Positions 9,557 to 18,494 of a DNA stretch of 64,000 nucleotides are shown piece after piece (positions within the stretch are counted from its first letter, which is position 1; each line of letters starts with the position of its first letter). The notes beneath the pieces were generated by a model, which was given only the letters and a program-made list of their open reading frames with translations, was not told the origin of the DNA and ran no database searches. Both the position numbers and the translations under genes were made by a program. The stretch comes from Acidobacteriota bacterium (GTDB lineage Bacteria; Acidobacteriota; UBA890; WLXD01), in assembly GCA_012103255.1 (NCBI GenBank), contig WLXD01000004.1:398460-462459 (forward strand), given 5' to 3'.

Positions 9557-9979
9557 ATGGCCATGACCACCGTCACGCCGAATATCTTTGTCGACGATGT
9601 CGGCAAGACCGTTGACTGGTACCGCGACGTTCTGGGGTTCAAGTTCGACGTCGGCGTCATCGAGGGCACCGAAGACAGCACGTTCGAGTACACCGGTCAG
9701 TCACTCGGGTTCGCGATCATGAGCCACGGTGATGTGCAGCTCATGTTCCAGTCGCGCGGCAGCGTAGCCGTGGACCTGCCGGGCATCCAGCCGGCGTCCG
9801 GCGATGCGTTCGCCCTCTACATCGGAGTGGAAGACGTGGACGCGCTGTACGCGAAGGTCAGCGCGCAGGTCGACCTGGAGATCGACCTGCGCGACACCTT
9901 CTACGGCGCCCGCGAGTTCCACTTTCGCGACTGCAACGGCACTATGGTCGGCCTCGCCCAGCGACCTGAGCGAGGCTGA
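9557..9979 (+). CDS. VOC (glyoxalase/bleomycin-resistance/dioxygenase) family protein
   Basis: 140-aa single VOC domain. Confidence 0.7.
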   Translation: MAMTTVTPNIFVDDVGKTVDWYRDVLGFKFDVGVIEGTEDSTFEYTGQSLGFAIMSHGDVQLMFQSRGSVAVDLPGIQPASGDAFALYIGVEDVDALYAKVSAQVDLEIDLRDTFYGAREFHFRDCNGTMVGLAQRPERG

Positions 9980-9988
9980 CGCGGCCGG

Positions 9989-11887
9989 CTACCAGACCCG
10001 CAAGTCGTCGATTTCGAACTCGAAGTCGCCGCTCTCGGTGCCCGAGAAGAGCACCCCCTGCAGACCAGCGGCGTCGAGCCCTGCGAAGTCCTCGAAGCGG
10101 AGCTCGACACGGGTCCACTCGTCAGACGTTCCCGCGTACTGCTGCGACGGCACCTGCCCGAGGCTCACCGCGAACATCATGATGGCAACGGGTTGGCCGT
10201 CACCACGCACCATGAACGAGATGCCGGAGTGCTCCGAGAGGTTGGCCGGCGCGAACTGGCTTACACCCGGGAAGAACATCGGCCCTGCCCACCGCGCGGG
10301 GCCGGTCCCCGCGATCGTGCCATCCACCCGCATCGCGCCAGCAGAGCCGTCGGCGCCCGCCTCGGCTACTGTCATAGCGGCGGTGGAGGAGCCACCGATC
10401 ATGTCGTCCGTGGAGAGCATCCAACCCGACCCGAACACGGAGTCGATGTTGCCGTTGTCGAAGTCCGCGATCAGGCCGTCATCAATCTGGAGGACGGGCG
10501 CTCCTTCGGCGACAACCGCAAGCTCGGCCCGGTAGCCTTCGCGATCGGCTTCCACGCCGGCCTTCCAAACACCCACAATGTCGCGACTTGCAAGAACATC
10601 TTCGTCTGGGTGTCCGGTCACGAGAACCAGGTCGGCGCGGAGCCCGACGGCAACCCGTCCGCGATCATCCAGACCGAACTTCGTCGCCGGCGTCGAGGTG
10701 GCCGCCGCCAATGCCTCGCCTGGGGAAAGACCCGCCTCGACCAGGAGTTCGAGCTCGCGGTGCATGCTGGCGCCGTGAGCTGTCCCGGGGTTCGGCGCGT
10801 CCGTGCCCGCCAGAATCGTCACGCCTGCAGCATGCAGCCGTCCAATGCTGGCCAGGCCGTTCGTAATGACGTCCGCGTACTCCTCGCGCGATGGAAACGC
10901 GACTTCCAGAGTCTGCCGTTCGTTGGACGATATGTAGGGCGCCAGTCGCTCGTCCTCGAGAAGATCGCGACCGCCTGAACCGCCGGACACGCTCTCGAGC
11001 ACGGCGAGTGTCGGCACAACGAACGCGCCGCTCGTCGCAATAGCCTCGACCGCCGCGTCGCTCGCGGGCTGGTCGTAGAACACGTGCACGATGCCATCAG
11101 CCCCAGCTTCGATCACGGCCAGAGCATCGGCCTCGCGCCCAACATGGACGACCGCAAGAAGGTCGCGTGCGTGCGCCGCCTCGATGAGCGCCTCGACGGT
11201 CGGGAGATCGAGTGTGGCGAACTCGCGTGCGATCGATCCGTCGTCGTAGACGATCTTGATGTAGTCAGATCCTTCGTCGACCCGCGCCTGCACCCAGTCA
11301 TCGGCCTCTTCGGGCGTTGTCAGCGTGGGGATCTCCATGCCGTATTCAGTGCCGTGGCCACCTGGCGCGGTGGCGAGCACACCAGCGGAGAACAGGTCCG
11401 CCCGGCCATTCGCATCGCCGCGGGCCTGCTCAGCCCGCAGAATACGAGCCCCGTTGGGCTCCGTGAACATGTCGAGTTCGGCCGTCACGCCCATCATGAG
11501 CGCCGCACGCAGGACCGGACCGAACGCGTGGGTGTGCGCATCAATGAGTCCAGGCACCAGAGTGCGGCCAGTCCCTTCGATCACGGTCGCGCCCACGGGC
11601 ACTTCGGCGTCGGGCTCCATGGCGACGATGATTCCGTCCTGCACCACCACGTCGGTGCTATCGACGACGGAGACGCCGTCGAAGACCCGGACGGCACGAA
11701 ACACTGTCGCGGTGGGATCACCCTCGGTCGCTGCGGGAACCGCGTGGGCCTCGCTTGAGAGCCAGGCTCGGCCGCCGGTCCCGCGTAGCACGTCGGCCAC
11801 GCCCAGGGCGGTAGCGATGGCCAGGACGGCCAGGCCCAGATTCCGAAGTGTTCGGCTACCGAACGTAGAAGACGCTGCTTTGCTCAT
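9989..11887 (-). CDS. Amidohydrolase-family metal-dependent hydrolase with a C-terminal CIA30/carbohydrate-binding-like domain and an N-terminal signal anchor
   Basis: LVPGLIDAHTHAF metal-binding HxH region and ...AGTDAPNPGTAHGASMHRELELLVEAGLSP typical of the amidohydrolase family. C-terminal roughly 170 aa resemble a CIA30-like beta-sandwich. GAGG 10 nt upstream of the ATG. Confidence 0.7.
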   Translation of the reverse strand: MSKAASSTFGSRTLRNLGLAVLAIATALGVADVLRGTGGRAWLSSEAHAVPAATEGDPTATVFRAVRVFDGVSVVDSTDVVVQDGIIVAMEPDAEVPVGATVIEGTGRTLVPGLIDAHTHAFGPVLRAALMMGVTAELDMFTEPNGARILRAEQARGDANGRADLFSAGVLATAPGGHGTEYGMEIPTLTTPEEADDWVQARVDEGSDYIKIVYDDGSIAREFATLDLPTVEALIEAAHARDLLAVVHVGREADALAVIEAGADGIVHVFYDQPASDAAVEAIATSGAFVVPTLAVLESVSGGSGGRDLLEDERLAPYISSNERQTLEVAFPSREEYADVITNGLASIGRLHAAGVTILAGTDAPNPGTAHGASMHRELELLVEAGLSPGEALAAATSTPATKFGLDDRGRVAVGLRADLVLVTGHPDEDVLASRDIVGVWKAGVEADREGYRAELAVVAEGAPVLQIDDGLIADFDNGNIDSVFGSGWMLSTDDMIGGSSTAAMTVAEAGADGSAGAMRVDGTIAGTGPARWAGPMFFPGVSQFAPANLSEHSGISFMVRGDGQPVAIMMFAVSLGQVPSQQYAGTSDEWTRVELRFEDFAGLDAAGLQGVLFSGTESGDFEFEIDDLRVW

Positions 11888-12079
11888 CTCGTGAACCTCA
11901 GAGGATGGAGGATGCGCCCGGGCGGGAACGAGTTGCTCCGGGCGTCCCGCCCAGGCGCATATCTGACGTGCCGCGGATTATCCGCGGCTCCTTCCAAGAC
12001 CGCTATGGCTCACAAGTTGACCGGCCCGTGGTGCCACTTAGCGGCACCGCCGGTCGTGCGAATGGTGTGCATCGATGAC

Positions 12080-12571
12080 CTACAGCGCTGCGACCGCCGC
12101 GTCGTAGTCGGGCTCCTGAACGATCTCGGGCACCTGCTCGCTGTACGCAACGTTGCCATCGGCTCCGACCACCACCACGGCGCGGGACATCAGACCCGCC
12201 ATCGGTCCGTCCACGATACGAACCCCGTAGTCGTCAGCGAAGCTGCTCCGGAAGCCGGAGAGAGTCTCGACGTTCTCGATGCCCTCGGCGCCACAGAACC
12301 GGCCCTGCGCGAACGGCAGGTCAGCGCTGACGCACAGCACCGTCAGGCCCCGCTCCGACGCGATCTCGTTGAATCGGCGCACGCTTGCGGCGCAGATCCC
12401 GGTGTCGACGCTCGGGAAGATGTTGAGGACCACCGACTTGCCTGCGTAGTCAGCCAGCGAGCGGTCGCCGAGGTCGCCACCGGTGAGGGAGAAGGCAGGG
12501 GCCGGCGAACCGACGGCAGGAAGATCGCCGACGGTGTTGATGGCGTTTCCCTTGAGTGTGATCTGAGCCAT
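12080..12571 (-). CDS. tpx: Thiol peroxidase (atypical 2-Cys peroxiredoxin)
   Basis: MAQITLKGNAINTVGDLPAVGSPAPAFSLT..., roughly 165 aa, Tpx family pattern. The track's longer upstream extension is Arg/Ser-rich and is rejected. Confidence 0.85.
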   Translation of the reverse strand: MAQITLKGNAINTVGDLPAVGSPAPAFSLTGGDLGDRSLADYAGKSVVLNIFPSVDTGICAASVRRFNEIASERGLTVLCVSADLPFAQGRFCGAEGIENVETLSGFRSSFADDYGVRIVDGPMAGLMSRAVVVVGADGNVAYSEQVPEIVQEPDYDAAVAAL

Positions 12572-12689
12572 TGGATGCGCTCCAAGAAGTGCGGGTTGTC
12601 GTGTATCGAATCTCGAACAGGGGCTGCGAACTTGCTGTGTTTTGTACACCGGGTCGTCCGATGGTGTCGGCCATCGACGCGTAGCAATT

Positions 12690-13448
12690 TCAGGTGCGCA
12701 AGTACGAGGCACCATTCGCGTCAATGACGCATCCGGTGAGGTACTCAATCCCGTCGCTCGCCAGAAACGCGACCGCCCGGGCGATCTCGTCGGGCTGCGC
12801 GGCTCGAGCGAGCGGACTCTGATTGCGGATCGCCTCCCCGCCGGGCCCTTCGAGCAGTTCCGCTGCCATGTCGGTTTCGACGAACCCTGGCGCGACCACG
12901 CCGACGAAGACACCGTGCGGCGCAAGGGCCTGGGCCAGCGACTGGCTCAACGAATTCAGTCCTGCCTTGCTAGCTCCGTAGGCGGGCGCGACCGGCTCTC
13001 CGCGGAACGCGCCGCGCGACGAAACGTTCACGATCCGTCCGCCGCCCGAAGCCGCCATGTGGCGCGCGACGCAGAACATCAAATTGGCCGGGCCGACCAG
13101 ATTCGTCTCGAGCGTGCGCTTCCACTCCGATTGCCAGTCGGCATAGTCCATCTCGAGGACATGATGTAGCTCGTAGACGCCAGCGTTGTTCACCAGTACG
13201 TCGAGCCCACCATGAGCGGCGACCACGTCCGCGGCCAGCCGCTCGCAGTCCTCTGGCGAGGACACGTCGGCCTGGTGCAGGGTGTGCCCAGTGCCATCGA
13301 GCGCCTCCCGAGTCTCCTCTGCCGCCGTCACGTTGGAGTGATAGTGCACGGCAACGCGAGCTCCACCCGCCGCGAATCGAGCCGCAATAGCTCGGCCAAT
13401 GCCACGGGAGGCCCCGGTCACAAGGACCGTCCGATCACTGAAGTCCAT
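12690..13448 (-). CDS. SDR family oxidoreductase (3-oxoacyl-ACP reductase-like)
   Basis: [12 protein letters not shown] Rossmann motif, NNAG, YGASKAG catalytic motif. Start [12 protein letters not shown] at 13448. Confidence 0.85.
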   Translation of the reverse strand: MDFSDRTVLVTGASRGIGRAIAARFAAGGARVAVHYHSNVTAAEETREALDGTGHTLHQADVSSPEDCERLAADVVAAHGGLDVLVNNAGVYELHHVLEMDYADWQSEWKRTLETNLVGPANLMFCVARHMAASGGGRIVNVSSRGAFRGEPVAPAYGASKAGLNSLSQSLAQALAPHGVFVGVVAPGFVETDMAAELLEGPGGEAIRNQSPLARAAQPDEIARAVAFLASDGIEYLTGCVIDANGASYLRT

Positions 13449-13556
13449 CGCGTCCGTCTCCCTGCAACGTGCGAGAATGCGGCGACGGTTTGCGGTGCCG
13501 CCGGAACCAAATGCGTCTCGGCAGCGTATCCCAAGGACCGACAAGGAGTGAGGGAC

Positions 13557-13976
13557 ATGGCTGACAACAAGCTATTGGGCTGCTGGGGCTTCATCATGGG
13601 CTCCATCGTGGCCGTGATCGTTGGCTGGATGACGTTCGAGTTGCTGATCGGCATCCTGGCCGGATTGCGCACGGATGGATTCGCAGCTCTCGTTGACCCG
13701 TTGCTCCTGCACGAAGCCGGCGAGCTGCTCATCATTGGCTATGCCTGCCTCGCGATCTACGTCTGGGTGTTCCGTGGGCCTAGCATCGAGGGGTTTGCGA
13801 ACACCACCCGACCGGTCTTTTGGACCGGAGCGGCTCTCAACGCGGCGTCGCTGGTCGGCATGTGGGGATCGCGCTGGTCGACCTGGACCCTCGTGCTCAT
13901 CGCCTTGGGATTCTTGATTCCGATGGTGCTGCCCAAGATGGCGCCGGAACCGCTTCCGCCCGAGCCGCCCGGCTAG
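13557..13976 (+). CDS. Small integral membrane protein, about 4 TM, unknown function
   Basis: AAGGAG 9 nt upstream of ATG at 13557; hydrophobic segments; Pro-rich tail. Confidence 0.5.
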   Translation: MADNKLLGCWGFIMGSIVAVIVGWMTFELLIGILAGLRTDGFAALVDPLLLHEAGELLIIGYACLAIYVWVFRGPSIEGFANTTRPVFWTGAALNAASLVGMWGSRWSTWTLVLIALGFLIPMVLPKMAPEPLPPEPPG

Positions 13977-14081
13977 AAACACAGCGGCCGGCATGCAGGC
14001 GTGGCACGGCGTACACTCGCGCCAACCAGCCACCAAGCCGAGCACTTGACGTTGCCGAGACTTCTTCCGGGTCGCCCCACA

Positions 14082-17000
14082 ATGGATTGCGCCGCCGCGA
14101 CAGACGTCGCGCGTGATCTGTTTGGCATCGACGGCACGGTCACGCAGCTCGCGAGTGAGCGCGACCTCAACTTCCGCGTCACGACCGGCGACGCCAGCTA
14201 CGCGCTGAAGGTCGCCAACAGTGGCGAGACGGCCGGGTGCCTCGACTTTCAAACGGCACTTCTCGAGCATCTCGCCGGAATTGAGTACGCCGTACCTACG
14301 GTCATCCACGCGTTGGACGGCCGGGCAATCGTGGAAACCGAGACAGCCTCCGGCACGCACCTCGTCCGACTCCTGGGTTGGGTTCCTGGTTCCCCGATGG
14401 CGCAGATGCGACCCGTGGACGGCGAGCATCGGCGCCAGCTCGGACACCTCGCCGGCTGCCTCAGCGAGGCGCTTGCGTCGTTCGAGCATCCGGCGGCTCA
14501 CAGAGAGCTCAAGTGGGATCTCTGCAACGCGGCAGAGACGATCACCGCGAACCTGGAGCTCATCGAGAACGCCGCGCAGCGGGATCTGCTCAAACGCCTC
14601 CTCGATCGCTACACCCGCTGGACAGCGCCACGGCTCGCCGACCTGCGGCGCGGCGTGATCTACAACGACCTCAACGATCACAACGTCCTGGTATCGGGCT
14701 TCGAGGAAACCAGCATCGGCCCGCGTTGCGGCTTGGCTGGGATTATCGACGTAGGCGACGCGCTCGAAGGCTGGGTCGTAACTGACCTGGCGGTCGCGGT
14801 CTCGTACGCGCTGCTCAACCGCGCCAACCATCTGGCGGTGCTGCGCGAGGTGACCGGCGGCTATCACAGCCGATTCGCGCTGCAGGAGTGCGAAGCGGAA
14901 GTCGTACTTGAACTGGCGGTCCTGCGACTGATGCTGAGCGTTGCCAATTCAGCGGAGCAGGCGCGCGACGAGCCTGACAACAGCTACCTGCAGGTGAGCG
15001 AGGCTCCTGCGTGGGATGCGCTGGCGCGCCTCGAACATATCCATCCGGACCTGGGTGCTGCGCACGCTCGCTCAGCCTGCAACATGGAACCCTGCCCGGC
15101 TGGGGGACTACTGCGCAGATGGCTTGCTGCCGAACCGTGCCCGTTTGCGCCTATCGTCGACGAGGATCTGGCCAACGACAGCGTGCACGTATTTGACCTT
15201 GGTGTCGGCAGCGGCGAAATGGGAGCCGGGGCTCCTGGGGATTTCGAAACCGAGGCGCTGAGCGACCTCCTGTTCGGGCACATGCACGACCGCAATGCTC
15301 GGTTCGGGCTGGGTCGCTGGGACGAAGTGCGCTCGTGGTACGGCGGCGAGCTGTTCGCGGCACCGAGCAACGAGGCGCCTCGACGCCGCACCGTGCATGT
15401 CGGCATCGACGTGTTTGCCGACGCGGGCACCCCGCTCTACGCGCCTCTCGCGGGGACCGTGGTCAGTGCGCATGTCAATGAAGGTCGGCTCGACTACGGC
15501 CCCACGCTGATCCTCGAACACCAGCCCACGCCTGAGGTGAAGTTCTGGTCTCTCTTTGGCCATCTGACCGAGAAGTCGATCAGCGACTCGCCGGTGGGAA
15601 CGAAGGTAGCGGCCGGCGACCGGATCGCGGCGATCGGCGACTATCCGATCAATGGTGACTGGCCGCCCCATCTGCACTTCCAGCTCATCGCCGACCGTCT
15701 CGACTACGCGCACGACTATCCGGGGGTCTGCGATCCTGAGGAGCGGGCCGTGTGGACCAGTCTGAGTCCTGATCCTGGCCGAGTGCTGGGTCTCGGCACG
15801 GCACAGATGGCGCCGGTAGGCCCGGACCCGGACGCTGTCACCGCTGCGCGGGGGCGACACATCGGACGGTCGCTCAGTGTTTCCTACCGGCGACCGCTCA
15901 CGATCCTGCGCGGGTTCCGTCAGTACCTGTACGACGTCGACGGCCAGCCGTTCCTCGACGCTGTCAACAACGTCCCTCACGTTGGGCATCAACATCCGCA
16001 CGTCGTTGCCGCCGCGGCAGCCCAGAATGCGGTACTCAACACCAACACGCGATACCTGCACCACAACATCACGCGCTACGCCGAGCGTCTCGTGGCGACG
16101 CTTCCGGATCCGCTGAACGTTTGCTACTTCGTCTGCTCCGGGAGCGAGGCCAATGAACTCGCGCTCCGGATCGCTCGCACGGCCACGGGGAGGCGGGATG
16201 TCGTCGCCCTCGACGGGGCCTACCACGGCAACACGTCCACACTCATCGACATCAGTCCGTACAAGCACGATGGTCCCGGCGGCGCCGGCGCCCCGGACTG
16301 GGTGCATATCGCCAAGATCCCAGACCCCTACCGCGGCGAATTTGCGGGTGAGGAGAACGCGGCGCAGCAATATGCCGATGACGTTCGCCGATGCATGGTG
16401 GCCGCGGAGACAAATGGCGGGGCCGCCGCGTTCATCGCCGAACCCTTGCTTGGCTGCGGAGGCCAGATCGTGCCGCCCGCTGGCTACCTTCCCGCGGCCT
16501 TCGATCACGTGCGGGCAGCGGGCGGCATCTGCATCGCCGACGAGGTCCAGGTCGGATTCGGTCGCGCGGGATCGCACTTCTGGGCGTTCCAGACCCAGGA
16601 CGTGGTGCCCGATATCGTTACCCTGGGGAAGCCCATCGGCAACGGCTTCCCCCTCGCCGCGGTTGTCACCACGGCCGAACTCGCCCAAGCGTTCGACAAT
16701 GGTATGGAGTACTTCAACACGTTCGGTGGCAACCCGGTGTCGTGCGCTGTGGGTGCCGCCGTGTTGGACGTGATCGAGACCGAAGGACTGCAGGCCAACG
16801 CCCACGCTGTGGGACGCCAGCTACTCAATGAGCTTGGCGAGATCGCCGGGCGCCACCGTATCGTGGGCCACGTACGCGGCTTGGGTCTGTACCTCGGGGC
16901 CGAACTGGTGCGAGACCCCGATACCCGCGCACCCGCGGCCGACGCAGCGAGCTATGTCGTGAACCGGCTACGGGACCACGGGATTCTGATATCGACCGAT

Positions 17001-17123
17001 GGCCCCGACCACAACGTTCTCAAACTGAAACCACCGATGTGCTTCGGAGCCGCAGACGCGGACCGGTTCCTCGAGACGCTGGACGCCGTGCTCGCCGAAG
17101 ATTTCATCCACGTCACGAGCTGA
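14082..17123 (+). CDS. Tri-domain fusion: N-terminal APH-fold small-molecule kinase (hydroxylysine/ethanolamine-kinase-like), central M23-peptidase-like domain, C-terminal class-III PLP aminotransferase-fold domain (AGXT2L/phospho-lyase-like)
   Basis: N-terminal ...RDLNFRVTTGDASYALKV... and YNDLNDHNVLV (APH Brenner/catalytic-loop-like). Middle HVGIDV (HxxxD) and HLHFQL (HxH), the M23 zinc motifs. C-terminal DEVQVGFGRAG...TLGKPIGNGFPL (class-III aminotransferase PLP-lysine region). Alternative GTG start near 14001. Confidence 0.75.
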   Translation: MDCAAATDVARDLFGIDGTVTQLASERDLNFRVTTGDASYALKVANSGETAGCLDFQTALLEHLAGIEYAVPTVIHALDGRAIVETETASGTHLVRLLGWVPGSPMAQMRPVDGEHRRQLGHLAGCLSEALASFEHPAAHRELKWDLCNAAETITANLELIENAAQRDLLKRLLDRYTRWTAPRLADLRRGVIYNDLNDHNVLVSGFEETSIGPRCGLAGIIDVGDALEGWVVTDLAVAVSYALLNRANHLAVLREVTGGYHSRFALQECEAEVVLELAVLRLMLSVANSAEQARDEPDNSYLQVSEAPAWDALARLEHIHPDLGAAHARSACNMEPCPAGGLLRRWLAAEPCPFAPIVDEDLANDSVHVFDLGVGSGEMGAGAPGDFETEALSDLLFGHMHDRNARFGLGRWDEVRSWYGGELFAAPSNEAPRRRTVHVGIDVFADAGTPLYAPLAGTVVSAHVNEGRLDYGPTLILEHQPTPEVKFWSLFGHLTEKSISDSPVGTKVAAGDRIAAIGDYPINGDWPPHLHFQLIADRLDYAHDYPGVCDPEERAVWTSLSPDPGRVLGLGTAQMAPVGPDPDAVTAARGRHIGRSLSVSYRRPLTILRGFRQYLYDVDGQPFLDAVNNVPHVGHQHPHVVAAAAAQNAVLNTNTRYLHHNITRYAERLVATLPDPLNVCYFVCSGSEANELALRIARTATGRRDVVALDGAYHGNTSTLIDISPYKHDGPGGAGAPDWVHIAKIPDPYRGEFAGEENAAQQYADDVRRCMVAAETNGGAAAFIAEPLLGCGGQIVPPAGYLPAAFDHVRAAGGICIADEVQVGFGRAGSHFWAFQTQDVVPDIVTLGKPIGNGFPLAAVVTTAELAQAFDNGMEYFNTFGGNPVSCAVGAAVLDVIETEGLQANAHAVGRQLLNELGEIAGRHRIVGHVRGLGLYLGAELVRDPDTRAPAADAASYVVNRLRDHGILISTDGPDHNVLKLKPPMCFGAADADRFLETLDAVLAEDFIHVTS

Positions 17124-17159
17124 TCTACTCGCTTCGATTCCCGCGATATTCGAGGCATC

Positions 17160-17190
17160 TTGCCTGTCGCAGACATTTGTCTGGTATGAT
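17160..17190 (+). promoter_or_regulatory. Putative sigma70-like promoter (TTGCCT, 19-nt spacer, TATGAT) with an embedded perfect palindrome CAGACAtttGTCTG (17170-17183), upstream of the tandem-VOC gene
   Basis: Read directly from the sequence. The 19-nt spacer is longer than optimal, so this is tentative. Confidence 0.35.
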
Positions 17191-17336
17191 CACCGGCGCG
17201 ACAACCAAAAAACATGCTCAGCCCTGGCGAAGCGGGCCGCCGCCAGACAAACTCTGCGGCCTCGCGTCGTCGCCTCGGCGCTCCCGATCTTGAAGACCCA
17301 CTCTCAATAACTCCCTCACCCCGTTCGGAGATTCAT

Positions 17337-18122
17337 ATGTCAAACCAAGGTCGCTTCACCTGGTATGAACTCATGTCGACCGACCCCGCGGCAGGCCTCG
17401 ACTTCTACGCCGGGCTCACCGGTTGGACACACCAGCCGTTCGCGGGCGGCGGCGAGGACGCACCTCCCTACCATGTGTGGATGAAGGGCGAGGAACCGAT
17501 GGCCGGCTGCATGCAGCTTCCGGAGGAGGCGCAGGCACAGGGAGCCCCGTCGCACTGGATGGGCTATATCCATTGCGATGATGTGGACGCTACCAAGGCC
17601 AAGGCCATCGAACTCGGCGCCACCGAACTGATGGCCATGGAGATGCCCGAGATTGGCAAGTTCGCGGTGATGATGGACCCGAGCCAGGCCACGATCTGCT
17701 TCTTCCAGCCGGCAAACGAGCCCGGCCCGGAGCAGCCCAAAGCCGCCGGTCGCTTCACCTGGCACGAGCTCTATACCGACGACTACCAGAAGACGTTCGA
17801 CTTCTACTCCGAGCTCTTCGGGTGGGAAGTCATGGACGACATGGACATGGGCGAAGCGGGCGTCTACCGCATCTTCGGACGCAACGGCGAACAGATGGGC
17901 GGCATGATGAACCGCCCCGAGCAGATGCCGATGAACTGCTCGGGCTACTACATCTCGGTGGCCAGTGTTGATGACGCCGCCAGTGCGATCACCGAGGCTG
18001 GCGGCACGGTTACCGTTCCGCCAATGGATGTGCCCGGGGGCGACCGCATTTTGATGGGCATGGACCCACAGGGTGGCGCGTTCGCGCTGCACTCGATCGG
18101 TCAGGCGAGCGCCGACGCTTAG
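17337..18122 (+). CDS. Tandem two-domain VOC/glyoxalase-like protein
   Basis: Two repeats, each beginning GRFTWYEL / GRFTWHEL. GGAG 8 nt upstream of ATG at 17337. Confidence 0.7.
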   Translation: MSNQGRFTWYELMSTDPAAGLDFYAGLTGWTHQPFAGGGEDAPPYHVWMKGEEPMAGCMQLPEEAQAQGAPSHWMGYIHCDDVDATKAKAIELGATELMAMEMPEIGKFAVMMDPSQATICFFQPANEPGPEQPKAAGRFTWHELYTDDYQKTFDFYSELFGWEVMDDMDMGEAGVYRIFGRNGEQMGGMMNRPEQMPMNCSGYYISVASVDDAASAITEAGGTVTVPPMDVPGGDRILMGMDPQGGAFALHSIGQASADA

Positions 18123-18194
18123 AACCGGCCAACTCAGATGAACGGGGCGGGTCCACACGGGCCCGCCCTTCGTCTGTCCGCCGCCGCTAGCTGC

Positions 18195-18494
18195 CTACTT
18201 TTCGCCGCTCTGTCCAGCCGCGCGACGGAGCATCAGCCAGCATCCGATTAGCACAGCGCTCGCGAACAAGCCCATCCCGCCGCCGTATATCGCGCCGCGC
18301 CAGAAAGCGTTGGTGGGATCTACCGAAGTCGCCATGGCGCTGCCAGCGGACGCGAGCCAGGCACCCGCGGCGCCAACGACCACGGTGCCGCCAGCGAGGT
18401 AGTGCCACCACTCCCGCGCGCCGATCAGTCGGGCGGCTCCCATACCAATGGCGGCGAGAAGGGTGACCACCGATCCAGCAATCAAAGCGGTCAT
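18195..18494 (-). CDS. Small membrane protein (3 TM), translationally coupled to the upstream 5'-nucleotidase gene
   Basis: Start ATG overlaps the nucleotidase stop in an ATGA overlap. AGGAGA 8 nt upstream. Gly/Ala-rich TM helices. Confidence 0.5.
   Translation of the reverse strand: MTALIAGSVVTLLAAIGMGAARLIGAREWWHYLAGGTVVVGAAGAWLASAGSAMATSVDPTNAFWRGAIYGGGMGLFASAVLIGCWLMLRRAAGQSGEK

Noticed and set aside
11084-11758. 224-aa plus-strand ORF
   Set aside because: Antisense to the amidohydrolase gene
12572-12925. Upstream extension of the Tpx ORF
   Set aside because: Arg/Ser/Pro-rich; Tpx family proteins are about 165 aa and the MAQITLKGN start fits that length
13572-14867. 431-aa minus-strand ORF
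   Set aside because: It overlaps the plus-strand membrane protein and the start of the fusion gene; low-complexity Arg-rich translation; shadow ORF
15108-16805. 565-aa minus-strand ORF
   Set aside because: It is antisense to the kinase-M23-aminotransferase fusion gene, whose domain motifs are unambiguous; shadow ORF
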